From the NCBI GenBank assembly GCA_036502245.1, contig DASXYX010000026.1, forward strand, positions 8,575-72,574: a DNA stretch of 64,000 bases, read 5' to 3'. Below the pieces are notes generated by a model. The model saw nothing but the letters and a program-made list of their open reading frames with translations, was not told the origin of the DNA and did no database searches. The DNA is from Verrucomicrobiia bacterium (GTDB taxonomy: Bacteria > Verrucomicrobiota > Verrucomicrobiia > Limisphaerales > UBA11358). Every line of letters starts with the position of its first letter. Position 1 is the stretch's first letter. Position numbers and translations under genes: made by a program. This document shows positions 34,024-44,800 of the stretch, one piece after another.

Positions 34024-35361
34024 TCAGGCCTTTGACTTTGGATTGAAAAAGGCGAACCAGACGGCTGCAACCAGCATCAGCATGTTGAACCCTCCTAGAA
34101 CTTTTAATGCCAATTCCATGACTTGGACGTCCGGCTGATGGCCAAAATGTATATGCAGCATGACGGGCAGCGTGATCGCATAAGTGGCAGCCAACAAGAC
34201 CAGTACTGGCACGATCTGAAATTTTCCGCGGGCCATAAGGTCGTTGACGAGCACATTTCCCAGGGCCAATGGAATCATCGCACCGGCATACCAGGGCAAA
34301 AGCGCGGTCGTTTCCGCGACATATCCAGTTTTGTAAACGATTTTTACAGCCAACGGCCCAACCAGGCACAGGCCGACAGTGCAACAGACCGCCAGGATAA
34401 ATGTGCCGATCAAAACGATGCCCAGCAGGTTGCTTTTTTCCGACTTCGCCGTGGCATGGACGATCTTGGGGAACATCACCGCCGCCAACGGCAACACCAA
34501 CCAAAGCAAAGCGCGTGAAAAAGTTCCCGCCGCGACGTACGGCGCCATTTCGTTATCGGAGAAAAAGGCCATGCAATACATGGTGTCAGTCGTAAAAAGA
34601 AATTGACACGCGCCGAAACCGAGAAAGAGCGGCACGACCTGCTTCAACAAGCCGGCGCTATCAAATTTTTCTGGCGTGGCCATCCACAGATCGCGCGAAC
34701 GCACGATGCCGATGATCGCCCAGGCGCCGATGCCGACGACCGCTCCCAGGATCATTCCCGTGGCGCCACTGCTGAATACAAGTACCATGAGGACGGCGAT
34801 AAAAACACGGCCCGCGCCGTTGGCAATGGTTCCCCAGCCGAGCCAGAAGAAATCCTGCCGGCCTTGAAGCACGCCGGAGAACAACGGCATCCACAGATTC
34901 ATCAATACCGCGGCCATCGTCACCCACAGGATCAACGAATTCGGCAGTTTCCATCCCGCAACGATATGGTCCTGAAAGATGAAAACGATCACGGCCGCGA
35001 CCGCCCATATGAAAAACGTCCAAAGCCATCCCATGCGGATCATGCTGGCGAGTTGGCGCTCACGTCCGGTCGCCAGCGAATGCGCGGTCTGTTGCGCATA
35101 CATCATTTGGAGAGGGATGGTCGGGACGCAGGCGGTCATCATGAGCATCGTTCCGAAAATGCTGTATTGGGCTTCGGGGATTTTTTTTGCAAGAAAATGC
35201 ACACCCAGGGTCAATATCCCCGCAATGATGTTCGCCATCATCAGCCAGCCGCTTTGGCGAAAGAACGTCGCGTGCGGTTTATGGTCAAGAGTTGGGATGC
35301 TGGCCGTTTTTACGTCAGGCATTGGCGCGTCCAGAGTGCCGGAAGCAGCGCGCAATGACAA
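34024..35361 (-). CDS. MOP-superfamily polysaccharide/lipid-linked oligosaccharide flippase (Wzx/MurJ-like)
   Basis: 445 aa with about 12 TM helices, adjacent to glycosyltransferase genes. Confidence 0.6.
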   Translation of the reverse strand: MSLRAASGTLDAPMPDVKTASIPTLDHKPHATFFRQSGWLMMANIIAGILTLGVHFLAKKIPEAQYSIFGTMLMMTACVPTIPLQMMYAQQTAHSLATGRERQLASMIRMGWLWTFFIWAVAAVIVFIFQDHIVAGWKLPNSLILWVTMAAVLMNLWMPLFSGVLQGRQDFFWLGWGTIANGAGRVFIAVLMVLVFSSGATGMILGAVVGIGAWAIIGIVRSRDLWMATPEKFDSAGLLKQVVPLFLGFGACQFLFTTDTMYCMAFFSDNEMAPYVAAGTFSRALLWLVLPLAAVMFPKIVHATAKSEKSNLLGIVLIGTFILAVCCTVGLCLVGPLAVKIVYKTGYVAETTALLPWYAGAMIPLALGNVLVNDLMARGKFQIVPVLVLLAATYAITLPVMLHIHFGHQPDVQVMELALKVLGGFNMLMLVAAVWFAFFNPKSKA

Positions 35362-35367
35362 TGCCGT

Positions 35368-36537
35368 TCAAGAGAGTGAACGCAGAAACTTGAGGAGCAT
35401 GTCTTTCCCGCGTTCCAGTTCCGAAAGAGAAATCCATTCATCCGCAGTGTGGGCTTGTGCCACATTGCCGGGGCCGAAAACGACGCTCGGAATGCCTCCG
35501 GCGGATAAAATGGCCGCATCACAGAAAAAGTGGGCTCCGGCGGGTTTGCTTTGGCCAATCGAACGCATGAACTGGCGAACAAGAGGCAGTTTGAGGTTGG
35601 TCTCCAGCGGCAGCGCAGGCGCGGGCTTTTTGTCTGCGACAGCCGCCGGAAAGTTCCGCGAACGAAGAAGCCGTTTGATTTCCCGGATCACGCTGGCGTC
35701 TGTCTCTCCCGGGATGGTGCGCCGGTCGATTGAAATGGTGCAATGGTTTGGCACGATGTTCGGCTGCACGCCGCCCTCGATCACACCGACGTTGACGGTG
35801 GCATGACCGAGCAGCTTGTGCTTTCGACGGCGCAACCGCGCTGCGTAATCGGTCTGCAAATAGTCCACGATATGGGCCATTTTATGGACGGCATTTTTAC
35901 CGAATTGCGGAGTGGAGCCGTGTGCGGCCACGCCCTGCGTCTCGATCTCCAGCCAGAGACTGCCCTTGTGCGCCGTGATGACCTGTAATCGGGTCGGCTC
36001 GCCGACGATAGCCAGGTCGGCTTTGAAAGAAGAAGCTTTTTTACGGCCCTTTTTAGTTAATCCAACCAAAGCCCGTGAGCCGGCCTGGGCCTGTTCCTCA
36101 TCCGTCAGTCCGGCGAAGACAATTTCAGTTTCCACCGGGCGCGATTTGGATTTTGCCAATTCGCACAGTGCGCTAAGCATGGCGGCGACGGAACCTTTGG
36201 TATCGCACGCGCCTCGCCCGTACAGGCGACCGTTTTTGCGGCGGGGAATGAATTGTGAATCATCGGCGTTGACCGTGTCCAGGTGCGGAGCAAGTAGGAC
36301 CGTCCGGCGGATTTTTCCGCGAGGCAATAGGCGGGCGATAAAGTTGGGGCGCCCGGGCAATACCGGTTGAAATTCAATCTCCAACCCGGCGCGCGAGGCG
36401 ACCGCCGCCAGGAATTCGGCAACGTTCCGTTCGCCATATTTGTGGCCGCCACGCCCGTCAGCATCCTGCCCGGCGAAAGCCGGGTTCACACTGGGCAGCG
36501 CGATAAGTTCGGCCAGCAATTTTTCAGTGCCCGTCAT
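35368..36537 (-). CDS. M20-family metallopeptidase/deacylase (ArgE/DapE-like)
   Basis: LLAPHLDTV, GRGACDTKG, GLTDEEQ and HTADEW motifs fit the M20 metal ligands. Confidence 0.8.
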   Translation of the reverse strand: MTGTEKLLAELIALPSVNPAFAGQDADGRGGHKYGERNVAEFLAAVASRAGLEIEFQPVLPGRPNFIARLLPRGKIRRTVLLAPHLDTVNADDSQFIPRRKNGRLYGRGACDTKGSVAAMLSALCELAKSKSRPVETEIVFAGLTDEEQAQAGSRALVGLTKKGRKKASSFKADLAIVGEPTRLQVITAHKGSLWLEIETQGVAAHGSTPQFGKNAVHKMAHIVDYLQTDYAARLRRRKHKLLGHATVNVGVIEGGVQPNIVPNHCTISIDRRTIPGETDASVIREIKRLLRSRNFPAAVADKKPAPALPLETNLKLPLVRQFMRSIGQSKPAGAHFFCDAAILSAGGIPSVVFGPGNVAQAHTADEWISLSELERGKDMLLKFLRSLS

Positions 36538-36569
36538 GCGTTCAGGTTAGCCTTTGCGTGAGCCTCAAA

Positions 36570-37139
36570 TCAACGTTTGATGCTGCTGCTCCTACGACCG
36601 GCGATGAACATCATCAAAGATAGCAGGGTAAAAACCGCTGGGCTGAACCGTTCTTCGATGCTCATCGCCGTCCCGCCGGCAAACGAGAGCGCATTCGTGA
36701 CAGTATAGCCAAGCCAGACATTTCCCACTGAGCGTTCGGGCTTTTTCCACAATTCAATGAAACCGGGGATGGTCGCCACGACCGTTGCCAATGTGGCGAA
36801 TACGATTGCCATGCGCGCGCCTTCCAGCTCCCAACCAACGAGGCAGGCGAGGACCAGGATCAATACAGCGTTGTCCAAATGGCCCCATTCAAATCGTTTC
36901 CTGGTGATGAGCAATGCTGTCAGGATCCAGCCGCCAATGGCGTATCCGAGGGGCAAAAAATAATTTCCATGTCTTAGCATCGTGCTGGTTGCCAGGATGG
37001 AATCCAACATCGACCAAAGCAGCCAGGTGGAAAAACTTTGCCCCGCGCCATTGCGTCGCACGACCTCCCGTCCCATGGGTATGAACATGGCCAGCGTTCC
37101 CGCGCCTCCCGCAATCTTCAAAATTTCGTGGAACCCCAT
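36570..37139 (-). CDS. hypothetical polytopic membrane protein
   Basis: 189 aa with about six hydrophobic helices. No motif recognised. Confidence 0.45.
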   Translation of the reverse strand: MGFHEILKIAGGAGTLAMFIPMGREVVRRNGAGQSFSTWLLWSMLDSILATSTMLRHGNYFLPLGYAIGGWILTALLITRKRFEWGHLDNAVLILVLACLVGWELEGARMAIVFATLATVVATIPGFIELWKKPERSVGNVWLGYTVTNALSFAGGTAMSIEERFSPAVFTLLSLMMFIAGRRSSSIKR

Positions 37140-37217
37140 CCGGCAATTTATCCGTTGAACGGATATGCGTCGAGAAATGTCATACTTACACTGGACAAAA
37201 TTTATGAGTGATGCAAA

Positions 37218-37658
37218 GTGAGTCAGGTGAAACAGAAGTTGGAAAGACCGGGCACGATATTGTGGATTGAAGCATCAGGCTTCTCCTTGCTGATAGTATT
37301 ATGTTGGTTGGGAGAACTGTTGCACATGCCTTATTATATCTTTGGCGAATCGTATGATTTCAACTGGCATCGCGCCCTGGTGCGGACGAGTTGCGTGCTG
37401 ATCATCTGGGCGTGGGTCCATTTCCTGACCCGGCGGATCCTGAGGCGTCTGCACTATTTGGAAGAGTTCCTGCGGATCTGCGGCTGGTGTCGCAAAGTAT
37501 GCCACGAGGGCGAATGGCTGGAGATGGAAAGCTATTTCAAATCCAAATTTGCCACCAAAACTTCCCATGGAATGTGCCCGGACTGTTTGGAGAAAAAGAA
37601 AAAAGAATTGGCGCCGGCAGGAGATTTGCCGCCCAGTCCAGAAACTTCTCCGAACTAG
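37218..37658 (+). CDS. small membrane protein with a C-terminal Cys-rich (zinc-ribbon-like) module
   Basis: Two TM helices, then ICGWCRKVCHEGEWLEMESYFKSKFATKTSHGMCPDC (CxxC ... CxxC). Confidence 0.5.
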   Translation: MSQVKQKLERPGTILWIEASGFSLLIVLCWLGELLHMPYYIFGESYDFNWHRALVRTSCVLIIWAWVHFLTRRILRRLHYLEEFLRICGWCRKVCHEGEWLEMESYFKSKFATKTSHGMCPDCLEKKKKELAPAGDLPPSPETSPN

Positions 37659-37832
37659 AGCGTTTTAAAAAATAGTGTGGCCGTTCGGAGCGAGGATTTT
37701 TGAGTTTTTGGCGAGGCTTTGGTGAAGGAGCATGTTTGAAAACCCTGTGACTGAGCCGAAACGATGCCAAAACCCAAAAAGACCGCTTCCTCTCCTGTTT
37801 CCCCGAATGGCTGCAATATTTTTTAAACCGCT

Positions 37833-39935
37833 CTAAACAACCTCCATCGGACACTTCGGCAGCGCGTCTAAAAATGACTGGCCATATTGTTTCGTCAAAA
37901 TCCGGTTGTCCAATACCACAATGATGCCAGTGTCGGTCTTGGTGCGGATAAGACGGCCCACACCCTGGCGGAATTTTAAAATGGCTTCCGGCAACGAAAA
38001 TTCGCCGAAGGAATTTCCACCCCGTGCTTCGATAGCCTCGATCCGTGCCTCAATGAGCGGATGATCCGGCACGGCGAATGGCAGCCGCGTGATGATGACA
38101 TTGGAGAGCGCTTCGCCGGGCACATCCACCCCTTGCCAAAAGCTATCGGTGCCAAAGAGCACGGAATCCACATCATCTTTGAACTTCTCGAGCATGGTTG
38201 AGCGCGGTGTGCCAGTGCCTTGCACAAAGCAGGCAACGCCCAATTTATCAAAGAACGGCTGCATGGCTTCGCCGACTTCCTGCATGAGTTTGAAATTGGT
38301 GAAAAGCACGAACGCCTTGCCGTGTGTCATCGTCACAAAATGCTCGATCCAATGGATAAGGGCATCGCGGTAGCCGGCCTCGCGCGGGTCAGGCATTTTT
38401 TTGGCGGCGAACAATTTCATCTGGTGCTCATAATCGAATGGCGTGCCGACCTGCAACTTTTCCGCCGATTCGGCCCCGACGCGTTTGGCGAAATAACCCA
38501 ATCCATTTTGTGATTTGGAGTTAGTCGCCAACGTGGCGCTGGTCATGATGACGGAAGTGTCGCTTTCGAAGAGGCGGCGGCGCAGGAAATCTGCTACGTC
38601 AATGGGCGCGGCGTTGAGAGAAATATTTTTGTGGGCTTTGCCACCGCGCTCAACCCAATAGACGTGTTCGTCGGCGCTCTGGCCCAGGAACAGGGCGATT
38701 TCTTCCCGCAATTCCGCGAGACGCCGATTGCATTCCACCAATTCCTGGCCAATGTCCTTGTCTTCGCTCGTCTTGATGAGGTCGCTGACCGCTTCGCGCA
38801 GGCGTTGAATCGGCAGGGTGACGTTGTCTGAAACCAGTTCGGCGCGGCGGATGCGCAATTCGGTCCAGGCGCGGCGGCGCTCGGTCTCATTCCCGCCAAA
38901 TCGATTTTTGCCGGCGGATTTCTGCAGCTTCTCGCAGGCATCTTCCACGCTTTCAAAAAACTTATCGCCCTGTTCCAAAATGTCCGCGACCAGCTTCACG
39001 GCGCCGCCCTTGCGCAACGTGGCCAGCAATCCCTTTTCCGTGCGCGGATTCCAGAGCCGGTTCAGCGAGTAACGCATCTGCCCGCTCGACACGCTAAGGC
39101 CGATATGCCGTGAGGCGACGTGCTCGACGGTATGCGCCTCGTCAAAAATAACGAAATCGTTCTTGAACAGGATTCCACCTTCCTGGTCTTCATTGATGCC
39201 GCCAAGGAGAGTGAAGAAAAGAGTATGATTCAGGACCAGCACATCTGAGGACAGGATCTTATTGCGCGCCCGTTGGAAGAAACAAACGCCGTGTTCTTTG
39301 GCAAAGTCGGATGGATGTCCGCAAATCTTCGGCGAGCACAGCCCGCGCTCGGAACAGACCTGCGCCCACACCTTGGGGTCAGGTTCAATGTCAAAATCAG
39401 AAAGGCTGCCATCGGTCGTGGCTTTTGACCATTCGTAGATACGGTGCAATTCCTCGGCTTCTGATGAGGTGAAAAGGTTGCCGCTTTGCTGCATCGCCTT
39501 CTGCAACCGGCGGGTGCAGAGATAATTAGCGCGTCCTTTCAACATCGCAAAGTTGAATTTCACGGGTTCAGGCAGCGCGCCGAGCACGCCTGCGAGCATC
39601 GGTAGGTCTTTCTCCGTGAGCTGCTCCTGCAAGTTGATGGTATGCGTGGAGATGACGGCCTTTTTTTTCTGCGACACGGCAAAAAGGATTGCCGGGATCA
39701 GGTATGCCAGCGATTTGCCAACGCCCGTGCCCGCCTCGACCGCAAGATGCTCGCGATTTTGCAACGCGCGTGCCACCGCCACGGCCATCTGCTGTTGTTG
39801 CGGGCGGAACTCAAAGTTTTTCGCGCGCGACAGGATGCCGCTCGGCGAGAAGATTTGCTCCACCTGGGAAATCAAATCCGTGCCCAGGGGTTGGTTTTCG
39901 ACGACCGCGATCATTCGTATCATTCTGCAATCCAA
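37833..39935 (-). CDS. DinG/XPD-like ATP-dependent DNA helicase
   Basis: Walker A VEAGTGVGKSLAYLIP, DEAH box (FDEAHTV), a cysteine cluster compatible with an Fe-S domain (C..C..C..C around CSERGLCSPKICGH...CFF), and the C-terminal helicase domain. Confidence 0.8.
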   Translation of the reverse strand: MDCRMIRMIAVVENQPLGTDLISQVEQIFSPSGILSRAKNFEFRPQQQQMAVAVARALQNREHLAVEAGTGVGKSLAYLIPAILFAVSQKKKAVISTHTINLQEQLTEKDLPMLAGVLGALPEPVKFNFAMLKGRANYLCTRRLQKAMQQSGNLFTSSEAEELHRIYEWSKATTDGSLSDFDIEPDPKVWAQVCSERGLCSPKICGHPSDFAKEHGVCFFQRARNKILSSDVLVLNHTLFFTLLGGINEDQEGGILFKNDFVIFDEAHTVEHVASRHIGLSVSSGQMRYSLNRLWNPRTEKGLLATLRKGGAVKLVADILEQGDKFFESVEDACEKLQKSAGKNRFGGNETERRRAWTELRIRRAELVSDNVTLPIQRLREAVSDLIKTSEDKDIGQELVECNRRLAELREEIALFLGQSADEHVYWVERGGKAHKNISLNAAPIDVADFLRRRLFESDTSVIMTSATLATNSKSQNGLGYFAKRVGAESAEKLQVGTPFDYEHQMKLFAAKKMPDPREAGYRDALIHWIEHFVTMTHGKAFVLFTNFKLMQEVGEAMQPFFDKLGVACFVQGTGTPRSTMLEKFKDDVDSVLFGTDSFWQGVDVPGEALSNVIITRLPFAVPDHPLIEARIEAIEARGGNSFGEFSLPEAILKFRQGVGRLIRTKTDTGIIVVLDNRILTKQYGQSFLDALPKCPMEVV

Positions 39936-40031
39936 AAGCGCTGGTAGCGAGAATGATTTGATTTATTTGGTTGAGTGACAGGTTTTTTATGACAAATTTC
40001 GGCACAGCAACATCCGGCGCGGGCAGAACTG

Positions 40032-41024
40032 TTGAAACCGAAATTACTCATCCTGGAATTGTGGCAATTGGGCGACCTGGTCATCGGGACGCCCTTTTAC
40101 CGCGCTGCAGTTGAACGATTCGACGTCACCCTGCTGGCCAAGCCTTACGCGCAGGATATGCAACGCCGTCTCTGGCCGGGCGTGCGGGTGGTCCCCTTCA
40201 CTGCGCCCTGGACCGCGTTCAAGAACAAATACCAGCTTTGGCGCTGGCCGTTGCCGCAGATCGTACGGCTGCGCCGGCAACTCGCGGCAGAACACTTTGA
40301 TGTAGGAGTCTCAGCCCGGTGGGACCCGCGCGACCATTTTTTGCTCAACCTGTTTGGCGCAAAAAGAAGGATCGGTTTTCCTCGTGTGCGCAGCGATATT
40401 TTTCTGACCGATCCCGTCGCGCGCCCCCGCCCGGACGCGCATCGCTATGAATCATGGCGTGCGATCGGCCGCGCCCTGGACATGGATTTGCCTCCGCGCG
40501 AAAACATCCGGGTCGCGTCCGAAGAGCAGAACCGGAAGGGTATTTTGATTCACACGGGTGCTCGGCAGCCGGTTCGTGTCTGGCCGTTGGAATTTTACAA
40601 GACTTTGGCGGCGCACTTGAGAGGCAAAGGTTTTCAAGTCCAGATCACCTGCGACGCCGACCAGCGTGATTGGTGGTTGCGTGGCGGTGAGAAAACGGTC
40701 GCGACTCCGGCTACGGTGGCGGAACTGATTGAATTGACAGACCGTGTCGAGGCGTTCATCGGTAATGATTCAGGTCCCGGACACCTCGCGGCATTCTGTG
40801 GGGTGCCCACCTTCACCATCTTTGGCCCGCAGTTGTCTGAATGGTTCGCGCCTCTGCATCCAAAAGCCGAATGGGTTTCCGGGAAAGCCTGTCCCTATTT
40901 GCCCTGTTTTGACTATTGCCGTTTTCCAGAGCCTTTTTGCATCCGCAAAATCAGCGAAGAAGAAGTTTTGGAGCGGGTCGAAAGATTTCTGGCAACTCTG
41001 CCTCAAAAAACAGCATCTTCTTGA
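40032..41024 (+). CDS. family 9 glycosyltransferase (heptosyltransferase-like)
   Basis: LLILELWQLGDLV start pattern and C-terminal GNDSGPGHLAA motif. TTG start. Confidence 0.8.
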   Translation: MKPKLLILELWQLGDLVIGTPFYRAAVERFDVTLLAKPYAQDMQRRLWPGVRVVPFTAPWTAFKNKYQLWRWPLPQIVRLRRQLAAEHFDVGVSARWDPRDHFLLNLFGAKRRIGFPRVRSDIFLTDPVARPRPDAHRYESWRAIGRALDMDLPPRENIRVASEEQNRKGILIHTGARQPVRVWPLEFYKTLAAHLRGKGFQVQITCDADQRDWWLRGGEKTVATPATVAELIELTDRVEAFIGNDSGPGHLAAFCGVPTFTIFGPQLSEWFAPLHPKAEWVSGKACPYLPCFDYCRFPEPFCIRKISEEEVLERVERFLATLPQKTASS

Positions 41025-41026
41025 AC

Positions 41027-42907
41027 ATGCGCACCATCGTCAGGATTTGGCTCCTGCTATCCGTTTTGCTGGTCGCGTCCGGGTGGATCTTATCCGCATT
41101 TCATGAACTGAACCGTCCTGGCTATTTTATCATTTTTGTCTTGGCGGCAATTCCTGGAATTTGGCATGCGGGAAAAACAAAATGGAATCCGGGAACAACC
41201 GCTCGTGGGGTGATCCACAAATTGAAAAAGCGTTTCAAACGCCCGGCGCCGTTCCTATTTTTGATCCTCTTAATGATGTCGCTCGTTGCGGGCGCGATTT
41301 ATGAGCCATTCAATGGTGATTCTCAGGCCTATCGAATTCCTCGCGTTCTGCATTGGCTGGATGCGCAGCAATGGCATTGGATATCCACCCTCGACCCGCG
41401 CATGAACGTCATCGGTACGGGCTTTGAATGGTTGTCCGCGCCGTTGATCCTGTTCACGCGTGACGATCGGCTTTTGTTCCTGATCAATGTGGCTTCCTAC
41501 GCCATGTTGCCGGGGTTGATCTACAGTGTGTTCACGCGTTTGGGAGTGATGCCGCGCGCAGCCTGGTGGTGGATGTGGATCTTGCCGTCCGGCTGGTGCT
41601 TCGCTTTGCAGGCAGGCTCCGTAGTCAACGATAGCTTTGCCGCTGTTTATGCTCTCGCGGCAGTTGATCTGGCACTGGTCGCAAAAGATAAAGGATCGAT
41701 TGGAGACCTATGGTTGTCGATGCTGGCGGCTGTCCTGCTCACCGGGGCCAAACAATGCGATATACCACTCGTGCTGCCATGGATCATCGCGGCCTGGCCG
41801 GCGCTGGGTTTGCTGAGACGACACACCATCGGCGCTACATTTGTCATCGCGATCAGTTTGCTCATATCCGCTCTGCCCATCACCATCTTGAATCTCCGGC
41901 ACACCGGAAATTGGCTGGGAGCGACCGCCAACCAAAATTTTTTGGGATCGAATTCCCCCTTTTGGGGGGTCGTTGGCAATGCGTTCTGTGTCCCCCTTCA
42001 AAACCTTATGCCGCCATTCTTTCCCATGGCTGACAGATGGAACGCTCTGATGGACCGGTTCGTCTCCACGTCGTTCGGACATCGTTTTTCCTCGTTCGAA
42101 CATTTTGGCCAGCTCTGCCTTCTTTCCCACAGCGTCGGCGAGGGCGACGCTGGCATTGGCCTGGGAATCTGCGTGTTGATTGTCATTTCGATTTTTGCGG
42201 CATGGAAGATAAAAACTAAAAATTGGCATCACACGGATACGATCCAGATACACTTATTGCGGGCCGCGCCATGGCTGTCGTTGGTGTTATTTATGGCCAA
42301 AGACCTTGCCTATGAAAACGCGCGGCAACTCTCCCCGTATTATGCCTTATTCTTTCCGCTCTTCCTCGCCAGGCCGGGCCATGCGCTTCTTGTGCGGCGA
42401 CGCTGGTGGCAATGGTTCGCCCTGCTTTTGATGTTATGTACCGCCGGCCTCCTGGTTATTTCCCGGAGCCGCCCGCTCTTCCCGGCGCAAACTGTCATGC
42501 ACCAGCTCCAGGCGGATCACCCGCATTCCCGGTTGATTACACGCCTGGAATTTTCCTTCGATGCCGTTCCTATAGCGAAAAAAATGGACCCGGAGATCAT
42601 GAAAGCTTTGCCGCCGGGCGAAAAAGTGATCGGTTACGCCACGGTGAGCGGAAGTGACGAGCCGGAATTATGGTACCCCTTTGGACAACGCAGCGTACGG
42701 CGCATGATGCCGGGCGACACGGCTGATTCACTGAGATCGGAAGACATCCACTATGTGGTGGTGGATAATTTCGCATTGGGTGCCTCACGGCAAACGATCG
42801 CCCAATGGATGGAACAATATCACGGCGAGATGGCGGCCCAGGCAAGCTGCCTGGTCCAACCGGACCTTCCTCCCAATTATCTTTACCTGGTCCGGTTGCA
42901 ACCATGA
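41027..42907 (+). CDS. large polytopic membrane protein, possibly a GT-C-type glycosyltransferase
   Basis: Start ATG 41027 lies 3 nt after the GT9 stop. More than 10 TM helices, then a soluble domain of about 150 aa. The assignment rests on topology and context only. Confidence 0.4.
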   Translation: MRTIVRIWLLLSVLLVASGWILSAFHELNRPGYFIIFVLAAIPGIWHAGKTKWNPGTTARGVIHKLKKRFKRPAPFLFLILLMMSLVAGAIYEPFNGDSQAYRIPRVLHWLDAQQWHWISTLDPRMNVIGTGFEWLSAPLILFTRDDRLLFLINVASYAMLPGLIYSVFTRLGVMPRAAWWWMWILPSGWCFALQAGSVVNDSFAAVYALAAVDLALVAKDKGSIGDLWLSMLAAVLLTGAKQCDIPLVLPWIIAAWPALGLLRRHTIGATFVIAISLLISALPITILNLRHTGNWLGATANQNFLGSNSPFWGVVGNAFCVPLQNLMPPFFPMADRWNALMDRFVSTSFGHRFSSFEHFGQLCLLSHSVGEGDAGIGLGICVLIVISIFAAWKIKTKNWHHTDTIQIHLLRAAPWLSLVLFMAKDLAYENARQLSPYYALFFPLFLARPGHALLVRRRWWQWFALLLMLCTAGLLVISRSRPLFPAQTVMHQLQADHPHSRLITRLEFSFDAVPIAKKMDPEIMKALPPGEKVIGYATVSGSDEPELWYPFGQRSVRRMMPGDTADSLRSEDIHYVVVDNFALGASRQTIAQWMEQYHGEMAAQASCLVQPDLPPNYLYLVRLQP

Positions 42908-42928
42908 CCGTGGCGCTTTCAGCGTCGC

Positions 42929-43513
42929 CTATTTCTTTACCACGCCGAGTGGGCAAACGATTTTGCCAAAAAGCTCGTTGAGAATCTGTGCCAGACCGGT
43001 GTACAACGCCGAAAGGCCGCAAATGATTCCTTCAAAACCAGTCAAATGCATGAAGCTGGCGTTGGCGCCGGAAAAATCCGCGTATGCCAGAAGGAAAAAA
43101 AGAATAGTCAATGTGCCGAAAACGACCTGTAACGCGCGGCTCAAACGGAACGTGCCGATGAACATGGCGGCTGTGAACAATCCCCAGAGAGCCAGGTATG
43201 CGGGCATGGCATTTCCCTCAGCAGGCGGAAAACCGATTTTGGGCAGCGCAATGATACAGACAAGTGAAAGCCAAAAAAATCCATAGGAGATGAAGGCTGT
43301 CGTCGCAAAAGTGTTTCCCTTTTTCCATTCCATGATGCCGGCGATGACCTGGGCAATCCCGCCGTAACATATCCCCATGGCCAGGATCATCGCGTTCATC
43401 TCAAAAACCCCCGCATTGTGCAGGTTGAGCAACACTGTGGTCATGCCGAAGCCGAGCAGGCCCAGCGGCGCGGGATTGCCGGTAGTATCTTTGATTTGTG
43501 TGGATTCACTCAT
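42929..43513 (-). CDS. satP: GPR1/FUN34/YaaH-family acetate/succinate channel
   Basis: [23 protein letters not shown] signature and six TM helices. Confidence 0.85.
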   Translation of the reverse strand: MSESTQIKDTTGNPAPLGLLGFGMTTVLLNLHNAGVFEMNAMILAMGICYGGIAQVIAGIMEWKKGNTFATTAFISYGFFWLSLVCIIALPKIGFPPAEGNAMPAYLALWGLFTAAMFIGTFRLSRALQVVFGTLTILFFLLAYADFSGANASFMHLTGFEGIICGLSALYTGLAQILNELFGKIVCPLGVVKK

Positions 43514-43659
43514 AGGAATTTGGTTTATGGGTTGATTGGGAACATCCGGTAATTAACAAAATTTGCGCCGGCTGCAACAAGAAACTGTCATAGCCAACCG
43601 AGCAAAAGATGGAAAATCCTCTGGAGATGCGTTAAGGTATCGGCCAACGAAAGGAATTT

Positions 43660-44085
43660 ATGAAACGAAAAGCTTCAGCAATCTGGCGCGGTGACTTAAA
43701 ATCCGGCCAGGGCAACATCACCACCGATAGCGGCGTCCTCAAAGACACGCAGTATTCATTTGGCACACGCTTTGAGAACGGCGTTGGCACCAATCCCGAG
43801 GAACTCATCGCTGCCGCCCACGCCGGTTGCTTCGCCATGGCGTTCTCCGCGGAACTGGGCAAGGTGGGCCTCAAGCCCGAATCCATTTCCGCCTCCGCCA
43901 CTGTGACCCTGGAAATGCTGCCCGGCGGGCCGACAGTGACCGGGTCCCATCTGGATGTCACCGCGCGTGTTCCCGGCGCTGACAAAAATAAAGTGCTGGA
44001 AGTCGCCAATGGCGCGAAGGCCGGCTGCCCAATCTCACGCGTGCTCAACGCCAAAGTGACGATGGACGCCAAAGTGGAGGTATAG
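43660..44085 (+). CDS. osmC: OsmC-family peroxiredoxin
   Basis: ASAIWRGDLKSGQGNI start and paired Cys contexts (AHAGCFAMA, AKAGCPISR). Confidence 0.85.
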   Translation: MKRKASAIWRGDLKSGQGNITTDSGVLKDTQYSFGTRFENGVGTNPEELIAAAHAGCFAMAFSAELGKVGLKPESISASATVTLEMLPGGPTVTGSHLDVTARVPGADKNKVLEVANGAKAGCPISRVLNAKVTMDAKVEV

Positions 44086-44103
44086 CTCCCCTGACCGCGA
44101 CTA

Positions 44104-44757
44104 TTAATTTGCCGGTAACGGTTCCAGATAGATATTCCGGAATTCGATCAAGCCGCCCTCGGCTTGCAAGCCGATCGTCCCCGCGTTCGTTGAAGTGCCG
44201 GTGATGGTATTCTGCAGCACGCCGTTGACCTTCACGATAATGGTGTCGCTCCGGCAGGTGATGTCATAGGTATTCCATTCGCCGATGGGCTTTTCGGAAC
44301 TGGCCTGCTGGCGCGGGACAAAATGATGTTCCGAGGTGGTCCCGTCCGCTTTCGAGCCGCCGTTCATCCGCACTTCACCGGCGTCACCGGAGAGCAACTG
44401 CGCCTCGTAACAATACGGCCAGACTTTGTCCGGCGGATTCAGGTGCAGGAAAACTCCGCTGTTGCCGGGTGCCACGGGAAAACGCCATTCGGCATGAAGT
44501 TGGTAATCGTGATAATGCTGTAACGTCCGCGCATAGCCATAAGGCTTGCCCAGGCAACGGATCATCCCGTTGGTGGTGGACCAGATCGCTTCGGCGGGCG
44601 CATTCGTGTCCTTCGAGACAAAGGTCCAGCCGGAAAGAGTTTTGCCGTCGAACAAATCAATTCGATTAGTCGGTGTGATGGCGGAATCGTTTTGGGCAAG
44701 GAGAGGAATTCCCGTCACGAATAAAAGAGCGAACACTGGCGCAAACAGCGATTTCAT
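44104..44757 (-). CDS. DUF1080 (3-keto-disaccharide hydrolase-like) secreted protein
   Basis: Signal peptide MKSLFAPVFALLFVTGIPLLAQ, FDGKTLSGWTF and C-terminal IEFRNIYLE. Confidence 0.8.
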   Translation of the reverse strand: MKSLFAPVFALLFVTGIPLLAQNDSAITPTNRIDLFDGKTLSGWTFVSKDTNAPAEAIWSTTNGMIRCLGKPYGYARTLQHYHDYQLHAEWRFPVAPGNSGVFLHLNPPDKVWPYCYEAQLLSGDAGEVRMNGGSKADGTTSEHHFVPRQQASSEKPIGEWNTYDITCRSDTIIVKVNGVLQNTITGTSTNAGTIGLQAEGGLIEFRNIYLEPLPAN

Positions 44758-44800
44758 GAACGCAAACTGTCTGATGCTGCCTGCTTCGGCAACTCTCTTT

